A stretch of 6,130 bases of DNA from a virus (taxonomy: Duplodnaviria; Heunggongvirae; Uroviricota; Caudoviricetes): the IMG/VR virus record IMGVR_UViG_2648501390_000008. One strand, written 5' to 3'. Shown here in pieces: positions 1 through 6,130 of the stretch. Each line of letters opens with the position of its first letter. The first letter of the stretch is position 1. The position numbers and the translations under genes are program-made. The notes under the pieces are model-generated. The model did not search any database and was not told the origin of the DNA. It saw nothing but the letters and a program-made list of their open reading frames with translations.

Positions 1-1039
1 CCTGAGGTCCGGTTGCCCCCACCGGGCCAGCCGCACCTGTTTCTCCTTTCGGTCCCTGTGGGCCTGCCGGACCTGCCGCACCGGTATCTCCCTTTGGACC
101 CTGTGGACCTGCATTTCCCGTCAGACCGGTCTCTCCCCGCTCTCCCCTGTCGCCTTTCGGCCCCTGCGGGCCTGCCGGACCAGCATCACCTGCCGGTCCC
201 CGCTCACCGGTTGCCCCGACAGGACCGGTGTCGCCACGCTCTCCTTTATCTCCCTTCGGCCCCTGTTCCCCCTTTGGCCCGGGAGGTCCCACCACGGTGG
301 GGATTCGGTTTACGGCCTCTTCCGCCGCTATCCTGCTTTGTTCCGCTGACTGTGCGCTTTCTGCTGACTCCCGGGCTTTTTCTGTTGCGGTCGTTGCATC
401 CCTGGCTGCATTACCGGCTGCACTTTCTGCCATCTTTTTTGACAACTCAGCATCTGTTGCACTTTGTAATGACTCACTGGCTTTTTGAGCGGCCGCAGAA
501 GCCGAGGACGAGGACGCATCCTCTGACTGCTTTGCTGAGGCTGCACTTTCCGTCGCCTGCCGGGCTGACTCCGATGCATCCCCTGCAGAAGTCTCAGCAT
601 TTACTGCACTCTTTTCCGCCTGGCCGGCTGATATACCCGCATTCCTCGCTGACGTCTCTGCCTCTCCGGCATTCTTCTTCGCCTCCTCAGCGTGACGCGC
701 TGCCTCTTCCACCATCAGTTCAAAACGTCGCAGTGCCTCCGGACGGGCATCATCCTCCGTCATGGCACCGAGAAAATCATTCAGCGTACCGGGTTGAGAA
801 TCTTCATACACGGTGATGGTCCCGGCATGTGACGGCGGGAATCCCTCCACCAACAGAATAACGCTGTACTGACCGTACTCAACGTCCATACTGTAACGCC
901 CGGCTTCATCCGGATTTTCTGAGGCCAGCGTGTTCACCACCACAGTGGTACTGTTACGTTTTGCTTTCAGCTGGATTGTGCAGTTCTGTACCGGTTTTCC
1001 TGTGCCGTCTTTCAGTACACCTGAAATCTTTACTGCCAT
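1..1039 (-). CDS. stf: Side tail fiber protein Stf, N-terminal ~346 codons; the 3' end of the gene lies beyond the left edge of the window
   Basis: Hand translation of the minus strand from the ATG at 1039..1037 gives [20 protein letters not shown]..., then ...[29 protein letters not shown]..., which matches the lambda Stf N-terminus as I remember it. The frame stays open through the segments I translated (1039..981 and 790..2), with the last full codon at 4..2; 980..791 was not translated by hand. The gene is absent from the ORF track only because it has no in-window stop. It sits downstream of lom, as in lambda. Confidence 0.9.
   Translation of the reverse strand, partial: MAVKISGVLKDGTGKPVQNCTIQLKAKRNSTTVVVNTLASENPDEAGRYSMDVEYGQYSVILLVEGFPPSHAGTITVYEDSQPGTLNDFLGAMTEDDARPEALRRFELMVEEAARHAEEAKKNAGEAETSARNAGISAGQAEKSAVNAETSAGDASESARQATESAASAKQSEDASSSSASAAAQKASESLQSATDAELSKKMAESAAGNAARDATTATEKARESAESAQSAEQSRIAAEEAVNRIPTVVGPPGPKGEQGPKGDKGERGDTGPVGATGERGPAGDAGPAGPQGPKGDRGERGETGLTGNAGPQGPKGDTGAAGPAGPQGPKGETGAAGPVGATGPQ
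2..289 (-). repeat. Collagen-like Gly-X-Y coding repeat inside stf (at least 96 consecutive triplets, continuing past the window edge)
   Basis: Hand translation of the stf frame gives [96 protein letters not shown] with Gly at every third position. At the DNA level this is an imperfect 9-nt periodic repeat (ggNccNNNN on the coding strand). Confidence 0.85.
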
Positions 1040-1050
1040 ATTCACCCCAC

Positions 1051-1076
1051 AAAAAAGCCCGCCTGAACCGGCGGGC
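1051..1076 (-). terminator. Rho-independent terminator downstream of lom
   Basis: On the minus-strand RNA: a 7-bp all-GC stem (GCCCGCC / GGCGGGC, plus-strand 1057..1063 pairing with 1070..1076), a 6-nt loop, then UUUUUU (plus-strand A-tract 1051..1056). It lies between the lom stop (1104..1106) and the stf start (1039). Confidence 0.6.
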
Positions 1077-1103
1077 TGTCATAACACTGTGTTACCTGGC
1101 TAA

Positions 1104-1703
1104 TCAGAATTTATAACCGACACCCACGATGAAACCGTCAGTGCGCCAGTCACCACTGCCGGAGCCTTCATAAGCAATATCAATGGCCACGGATTCGGTC
1201 GGGTTAAACTGCACGCCAGCCCCCCACGCCAGAGACGTGTTGCTGTGGCGACCGTCATCACTTCCGGTCAGCACATCGTGCGTTTTCCCCTTGTTGTCAG
1301 TTACGCGGAGATAATCCCCGGAGAAAGTCGACACACGGCTGTAAGCCACACCCGCCATCGCATACGCGCTGAACCATTCATTCACGCGTACAGACGGCCC
1401 CGCCATCACGCTGAACCAGCGGTTACGCACGGAATCTTCATGCCAGCGGGTATCGCTGTAACGGGTAAGCTGGCGATTCTTGTCTCCTGCATAGCTGAAT
1501 GACGTCACCAGCCCCAGCGTGTCCGTAAATTCATAACGGTATTTCACGTTAATCCCGTTAAGATTATCGCTACCGGGAGCGTTCGTCCGGGCATGAAGAT
1601 ACCCCGCGCTCAGTGTGGACTGATGTTCAGACGCCCATGCAGGCGCACCGGATACGGACAGACAGATGGCTGCGGACAAAATGGCTGCACAAACTTTACG
1701 CAT
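1104..1703 (-). CDS. lom: Lom outer membrane protein (Ail/Lom/PagC-family beta-barrel), 199 aa
   Basis: The ORF translation [59 protein letters not shown]...[10 protein letters not shown] is near-identical to lambda Lom from memory. It has a Sec-type signal peptide ending AWA-S and a C-terminal aromatic residue typical of outer membrane beta-barrels. RBS GAGAGG lies ~6 nt upstream of the ATG. Position between J and stf is as in lambda. Confidence 0.95.
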
Positions 1704-1727
1704 AATTACCTCTCGCTTTTCTGCAAT

Positions 1728-1751
1728 AAAAAAGGCACCATTTCTGGTGCC
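1728..1751 (-). terminator. Rho-independent terminator between J and lom
   Basis: On the minus-strand RNA: stem GGCACCA / UGGUGCC (plus-strand 1734..1740 pairing with 1745..1751), GAAA tetraloop, then UUUUUUAUU (plus-strand A-tract 1728..1733). It starts 22 nt downstream of the J stop (1773..1775) and ends 24 nt upstream of the lom ATG. Confidence 0.6.
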
Positions 1752-1772
1752 CTTATATGGGTTATAACAATT

Positions 1773-4700
1773 TCAACGAATACTGATGCCGGAAGCGGCT
1801 TTTTTGGTCACAATCACCGTACAGTCGGTGATATTACCTGCCCACTGATTGCCTTTATGGAAAACCTTAAACTCCAGAGTGACGCTTCCCCTGCCACTCG
1901 GCATATCAATAACCGCACTGTAGCTACCGGGAATGGCCCCTTTAGTTTCTCTGGATGCGATTAATACACCGTTTTTGCGAACTTCAAAACCATAACCCGT
2001 GTAACTTGTACCTCCCGGGTTATTACCACTTCCCGGATAGCTATACGCTATTCCGTTAAAGATAATGGGCGGAATAATGATTTGACGGTCAAAGTTATGA
2101 TCATCGCTGATGGTGACTGTAACCGTCCCGTTTGGTGTTTCCGTGTTACCCCACGTACCAGCCTGTTTCGGAAATGATTTGGATACAGCTTTAACGAAAT
2201 CCCCTCTGACTTGGGTCGCCTCCAGCATGCCCTTAATCGTACAGTTTTCATTTACCGTGACATTGTTGAGCGTCCCGGCGTTCGCATTCACACTGCCACT
2301 GATATCCGCATTTTTAGCAGTCAGCTTTCCGTCCGGTGTCAGGGAAAATGCCGGTGGATTGCCACCGCTGGTAATGGTGGGGGCCGTCAGGCGTTTCAGG
2401 AACACGTCATTCATGAATATCTGATCGCCCTGACCAACAAACATCGGTTTTGTGTTGCCATTCGCAGGATTAACCATCGCAATCCTGTCCGCCGCCAGCA
2501 GCACCTGACTCTGCATGCCGTCAGGGGTGTTCTCAATACCGGCACCAATACCCGCGATATAAAGGCGTCCGTCCTGCATCTGCTGCAGCTTCACAGCCCA
2601 CATGCTGTTCAGGTTATTATTTGTATCAACCTGAACTTTCTGTATCTGCTGGATTGCCGCACTCTGGTCTTCCAGTTTTTTATTGACGGTCTGCGTGATT
2701 TCATTGCTGACATTCGTAATGGACGTCCTGATTTCAGCCAGGTCCGGCGCAAGCTGACCGTTATCAATCTGCGTCCACAGCTCCTGGGCCAGATGTGTTT
2801 TCCCGATTTCTCCTTTGAAAAAATCCAGGTAACCTTCCGCATCATCGCTCGCCTGACCGACAGCCTCCACGAATGCCGATTTGCCAACGGTGTTCACACT
2901 GCGGATATAAAAGTAATAATCATGGCCCGGTTTGATATTGATACTGGCGGCTATCCAGTACAGCGCCATACCAAGATAACGCGCGCTGGTTTCAACCTGC
3001 CGGATATCGGCAATCCGCTTTTCCGAGAACCAGAACTCAAACTGTACCGTCGGGTCATAAACAGCAAGATGCGGCGTGGCGGTTATCTGAAAATAGCCCG
3101 GCGTCAGCTCAATCTGTGACGGCGCTGCCGGTGCGGCAATCCTGAACGATACCGACGCCGGATCGCCCTGCTGCCCCCACGCATTTACCGCCCGGACTGT
3201 CAGCCTGTAGTTCCCCGGCGCCAGTTGCGTGAAGCGGTATGTGGTTTCCGCCGTCCGGGCCGTGCTGACCAGCCGCTCACTGCCGTCATCCGCGGCCACG
3301 GTCAGGCGAAGCATAAAACTCACGCCCTTCACCACCTTCGGCGTATCCCAGCGCGCCAGCACCTGATACTCCCCGCTGTCTGCGGTGACTTCGGCAGTCA
3401 GGTGCTGCACCGCTGGCGGCGTGACACCATTCACCGTGCCGCTCTGGTCGCCATCAAAGTGCGCCCCGTTATCCACGATAGCCTCTTTTTCAGGCACATG
3501 CTGCACGGCAGTGATAGCATACGTGCCGTCATCGTTCTCACGGATACTCACACAGCGGAACAGGCGCTGGCGCAACGTCGGCAACTTCAGCCCCCACACG
3601 CTGTATCCAGCAACACCGTCAGGAACACGGCTCACTTTCACCTGCACGCCGTCGGTGACGGACTGAACCTCCACGCTGACCGGATTGCCACTTCCGTCAA
3701 CCAGGCTTATCAGCGTGGTACCGGAGGATGGCAGCGTGATTTCACGGTCGAGCGTCAGCGTCCGGGTCTGGCTGTTCACCGCCAGCACACGACCACCGGT
3801 GCTGATACCGGCATAGTCATCATCACAGATTTCAACAACATCACCCGGTACATGGCGAAGCCCTTCTGCACCCACGCTGAAATCCACGGTCTGCGTTTCC
3901 AGCAGTTCCGTTTTAATCAGCCACAGCCCGGCGCGGTGTGCCTGCCCCCGACTGGTACAGCCAAAGGCATCCATCTTCGTGACATTACGACCATAACGGG
4001 CAATGGCCTGCGTATCCTCAACAAGCTCTGTCGCCGTCTCCCAGCCGTTGTCCGGGTCAATCCAGTTCACCTCAACGGCATTATGGCGGTCCTTCAGGGC
4101 GCTGAAGCTGTAGCGGAACGGCGCGCCATCATCCGGCATCACCACATTACTGCGGTTATAGGTCCACACCTTATCCGATGGCCGGTCCTGCACGAACGTC
4201 AGCGTCTGCCCGTTCCATACCGGCATACAGCGCATCGCCGAGCAGAAATCACTGAGCACATCCCACGCCTTGCGCTGTGTGGTCAGGTACGCATTACAGG
4301 TGATGCGCGGCTCCGTGCCGCCAGAGCCATCCGGTACCGACTGGTCGCAGTACTGGCCGATGACATACAGCGCCCATTTATCCACATCCGCCGCACCAAG
4401 ACGTTTCCCCATGCCGTAGCGCGGGTGGGTCAGCATGTCCCACAGACACCAGGCCATGTTGTCGCTGTACGCTGGCTTAAACGTTCCGTCCCAGATACCG
4501 CTGTATTGCCGCGTCTGCGGGTCATAGTTCGACGGCACCTGCAGAATGCGCCCGCGAAGATGATAATTACGGCTCACCTGCTGGCTGCCGAACTGCTCAG
4601 AGTCCACCTGCACGCCGACCAGTGCCGTGTTCGGGTAGCACTGTTTCACATCGATGATTTCGGTATACGAGGACCAGATTGTTTTGTTCTGCAGCTGGTC

Positions 4701-5270
4701 TGTGGTGCTGTCCGGCGTCATCCTGCGCATCCTGATACTGAACGGTCGCGGCGGCAGCTTATCCACCACCACCGAGGCCAGATACTGTGAGGTGGTTTTG
4801 CCCTTAATGGTGATGTCTTTTTCCGTCACCCAGCCACCATTACGTTGTATCTGAACCAGCAGGCGAACTTCCGACGGATTCCGGTCCCCCTTTGAAGTGG
4901 TTTCCACCAGTGCCTGCACACCGAAGGTCAGGCGCAGACGGTCGATGTTTGCCGACGTGATGGTCCGGGTGAGCGGATTGTCATATTTTAATTCTGCACC
5001 GATAACGGTTTCTGAACCGGAGGATTCAAATCCCTCCGGCGGTGTCTGCTCCTGCTCACCTGCCCGGAACACCACCGTGACGCCGGAGATGTTGGTATTC
5101 CCCTCACTGTCCAGCACCGGCGTACTGTTCAGCAGCACGCTTTTTAATCCATCTACCGGACCTTCAACCGGCCCTTCGCTGATGGCATCGATCACACTCA
5201 GCAACTGCGTGGACTTCAGGTTGTCCTTCGCTTCGCGCGGGGTATGCCCCTTACTGCTTCCTTTACCCAT
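1773..5270 (-). CDS. J: Tail tip / host specificity protein J (central tail fiber), 1165 aa, with a divergent C-terminal region
   Basis: ORF of 1165 aa beginning [34 protein letters not shown]..., matching the lambda gpJ N-terminus as I remember it; lambda-like through about residue 820. RBS GGAG...GAGGA upstream of the ATG. A 60-nt gap separates it from the upstream I gene, as in lambda. Confidence 0.97.
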   Translation of the reverse strand: MGKGSSKGHTPREAKDNLKSTQLLSVIDAISEGPVEGPVDGLKSVLLNSTPVLDSEGNTNISGVTVVFRAGEQEQTPPEGFESSGSETVIGAELKYDNPLTRTITSANIDRLRLTFGVQALVETTSKGDRNPSEVRLLVQIQRNGGWVTEKDITIKGKTTSQYLASVVVDKLPPRPFSIRMRRMTPDSTTDQLQNKTIWSSYTEIIDVKQCYPNTALVGVQVDSEQFGSQQVSRNYHLRGRILQVPSNYDPQTRQYSGIWDGTFKPAYSDNMAWCLWDMLTHPRYGMGKRLGAADVDKWALYVIGQYCDQSVPDGSGGTEPRITCNAYLTTQRKAWDVLSDFCSAMRCMPVWNGQTLTFVQDRPSDKVWTYNRSNVVMPDDGAPFRYSFSALKDRHNAVEVNWIDPDNGWETATELVEDTQAIARYGRNVTKMDAFGCTSRGQAHRAGLWLIKTELLETQTVDFSVGAEGLRHVPGDVVEICDDDYAGISTGGRVLAVNSQTRTLTLDREITLPSSGTTLISLVDGSGNPVSVEVQSVTDGVQVKVSRVPDGVAGYSVWGLKLPTLRQRLFRCVSIRENDDGTYAITAVQHVPEKEAIVDNGAHFDGDQSGTVNGVTPPAVQHLTAEVTADSGEYQVLARWDTPKVVKGVSFMLRLTVAADDGSERLVSTARTAETTYRFTQLAPGNYRLTVRAVNAWGQQGDPASVSFRIAAPAAPSQIELTPGYFQITATPHLAVYDPTVQFEFWFSEKRIADIRQVETSARYLGMALYWIAASINIKPGHDYYFYIRSVNTVGKSAFVEAVGQASDDAEGYLDFFKGEIGKTHLAQELWTQIDNGQLAPDLAEIRTSITNVSNEITQTVNKKLEDQSAAIQQIQKVQVDTNNNLNSMWAVKLQQMQDGRLYIAGIGAGIENTPDGMQSQVLLAADRIAMVNPANGNTKPMFVGQGDQIFMNDVFLKRLTAPTITSGGNPPAFSLTPDGKLTAKNADISGSVNANAGTLNNVTVNENCTIKGMLEATQVRGDFVKAVSKSFPKQAGTWGNTETPNGTVTVTISDDHNFDRQIIIPPIIFNGIAYSYPGSGNNPGGTSYTGYGFEVRKNGVLIASRETKGAIPGSYSAVIDMPSGRGSVTLEFKVFHKGNQWAGNITDCTVIVTKKAASGISIR

Positions 5271-5292
5271 TCCTCACGCTCCATAAATGACA

Positions 5293-5312
5293 AAACCGCC
5301 CGCAGGCGGTTT
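5293..5312 (-). promoter_or_regulatory. Short GC hairpin in the I-J intergenic region (possible weak terminator, attenuator or RNA stability element)
   Basis: Plus-strand 5296..5300 (ccgcc) pairs with 5305..5309 (ggcgg) around a 4-nt loop, extendable by three A:T pairs (5293..5295 with 5310..5312). On the minus-strand RNA the stem is followed by UUUUGUCAUUU. Only 5 GC pairs, so the function is uncertain. Confidence 0.3.
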
Positions 5313-5330
5313 CACATAAAACATTTTGCA

Positions 5331-6002
5331 TCAGCGACCAATCACCACAACCTGACCACCGTCCCCTTCGTCTGCCGTGCTGATCTCCTGAGAAACCACA
5401 CGTGATCCCACGCGCATTTCACCGTACAGAACGGGCAGAACATTGCCCTGGGCAACCATGTTATCCAGTGAGGAGAAATAGGTGTTTTGTTTGCCGTTAT
5501 CCGTTGTCTGTGTACGGGGAGTTCTGGCTTTCGGTGCCAGCATCTGGGCCACACCACCGAGCACCATACTGGCACCGAGAGAAAACAGGATGCCGGTCAT
5601 ACCACCGGCCCCAATGGCTGCCCCCCACGCTGCAAGGGTGGCTCCGGCAGTAAAGAATGATCCGGCAATGGCGGCTGCTCCCAGGACAATCTGGAATACG
5701 CCACCTGACTTGGCCCCGGCGACTCTGGGAACAATATGAATCACAGCGCCATCAGGCAGAGTCTCATGTAACTGCGCCGTTAACCCGGACGTGCTGACGT
5801 CCCGCCCGGCAATCCGTACCTGATACCAGCCGTCGCTCAGTTTCTGACGAAACACCGGGACCTGTGTGGACAGTGCGCGGATGGCTTCAGCCCCCGTTTT
5901 CACACGAAGGTCGATGCGGCGGCCAAATCGTTGCAAATCCCCGTAAAGGCAGATGCGTGCCATGCCCGGTGACGCCAGAGGGAGTGTGTGCGTCGCTGCC
6001 AT
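5331..6002 (-). CDS. I: Tail assembly protein I, 223 aa
   Basis: ORF translation MAATHTLPLASPGMARICLYGDLQRFGRRIDLRVKTGAEAIRAL... is near-identical to lambda gpI from memory, with the same length (223 aa). Its start overlaps the 3' end of K by 103 nt, as in lambda. RBS-like GAGAGG upstream. Confidence 0.97.
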   Translation of the reverse strand: MAATHTLPLASPGMARICLYGDLQRFGRRIDLRVKTGAEAIRALSTQVPVFRQKLSDGWYQVRIAGRDVSTSGLTAQLHETLPDGAVIHIVPRVAGAKSGGVFQIVLGAAAIAGSFFTAGATLAAWGAAIGAGGMTGILFSLGASMVLGGVAQMLAPKARTPRTQTTDNGKQNTYFSSLDNMVAQGNVLPVLYGEMRVGSRVVSQEISTADEGDGGQVVVIGR

Positions 6003-6130
6003 TTGTCGGTATACCTCTCTCGTTTGCTCAGTTGTTCAGGAATATGGTGCAGCAGCTCGCCGTCACCACAGTAAATGGCGGCATGATTCGGCACCGATGA
6101 ACCAAAACAGCACAGCAGCACATCGCCCGG
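5900..6130 (-). CDS. K: Tail assembly protein K, C-terminal portion (NlpC/P60-like region); the 5' end lies beyond the right edge of the window
   Basis: The minus-strand frame is open from the window edge (...PGD then VLLCCFGSSVPNHAAIYCGDGELLHHIPEQLSKRERYTDKWQRRTHSLWRHRAW...) to the stop at 5902..5900. The M at 6121 in the ORF track is an internal GTG codon, not the true start. Position immediately upstream of and overlapping I is as in lambda. The H..IY and LLHH motifs are consistent with the distal half of an NlpC/P60 fold. Confidence 0.9.
   Translation of the reverse strand, partial: PGDVLLCCFGSSVPNHAAIYCGDGELLHHIPEQLSKRERYTDKWQRRTHSLWRHRAWHASAFTGICNDLAAASTFV

Noticed and set aside
328-600. 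Minus-strand ORF of 90 aa ([23 protein letters not shown]...)
   Set aside because: It is an alternative frame within stf. The true stf frame was verified by hand translation and matches lambda Stf.
13-816. Plus-strand ORF of 267 aa, proline-rich ([19 protein letters not shown]...)
   Set aside because: It is the antisense reading of the stf collagen-like and Ala-rich repeats. Its low-complexity proline and leucine content is what the reverse complement of Gly-X-Y and Ala codons produces. It has no RBS or independent support, and the opposite strand has strong homology to Stf.
1754-1775. Possible extended -10 promoter (TGtTATAAC, minus strand) for lom
   Set aside because: It has no convincing -35, overlaps the J stop codon, and would initiate at or inside the terminator hairpin. 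I kept it only as a hypothesis under the lom promoter finding, not as a feature.
1593-1964. Plus-strand ORF of 123 aa spanning the lom 5' end, the J-lom spacer and the J 3' end
   Set aside because: It overlaps two well-supported minus-strand genes and reads through the terminator hairpin in antisense; there is no evidence that it is expressed.
2211-3119. Plus-strand ORF of 302 aa inside J
   Set aside because: Same reasoning: it lies wholly within J on the opposite strand and has no homology or translation signals that I can see.
3225-4790. Plus-strand ORF of 521 aa inside J
   Set aside because: It is antisense to the strongly supported J coding sequence. The product is Arg/His-rich with no recognisable domain, and long antisense ORFs are expected opposite GC-rich genes with biased codon usage.
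4897-5286. Plus-strand ORF of 129 aa opposite the J N-terminal region and the I-J spacer
   Set aside because: Antisense to J, with low-complexity Ser/Pro-rich product; spurious.
5342-5739. Several short ORFs on both strands (77-85 aa) overlapping gene I
   Set aside because: All lie inside the near-perfectly conserved I coding sequence, in other frames or antisense; no support.
5864-6100. Plus-strand ORF of 78 aa opposite the K/I overlap
   Set aside because: Antisense to the K and I coding regions; spurious.
1-6130. CRISPR arrays, tRNA genes, insertion sequences, integrase or attachment sites
   Set aside because: I found no direct repeats with spacers, no cloverleaf-like tRNA structures, no inverted terminal repeats and no recombinase-like ORFs. 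The only repeats are the in-frame coding repeats of stf.

Overview
The whole window is one minus-strand block of lambdoid phage or prophage tail-tip and host-range genes, in the same order and spacing as phage lambda: K (3' end, runs off the right edge) -> I -> J -> lom -> stf (5' part, runs off the left edge). Four of the five proteins (the C-terminal part of K, I, Lom and the first ~110 residues of Stf) match my memory of the lambda proteins almost residue for residue. The J homolog is lambda-like over its N-terminal ~800 residues but its C-terminal third is divergent, and it is 1165 aa against 1132 aa for lambda J. The Stf homolog carries an Ala/Ser-rich segment followed by at least 96 uninterrupted collagen-like Gly-X-Y triplets. 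Two canonical Rho-independent terminator hairpins on the minus strand bracket lom. I see no CRISPR array, tRNA, integrase, transposase or unexplained coding space, and no evidence of a novel defence or other undescribed system; essentially all of the window is accounted for by these five genes. The most interesting biology is the host-range variation in J and Stf and the lom moron. All plus-strand ORFs in the track are antisense artefacts. All homology statements are from memory of the lambda reference, not from a database search.
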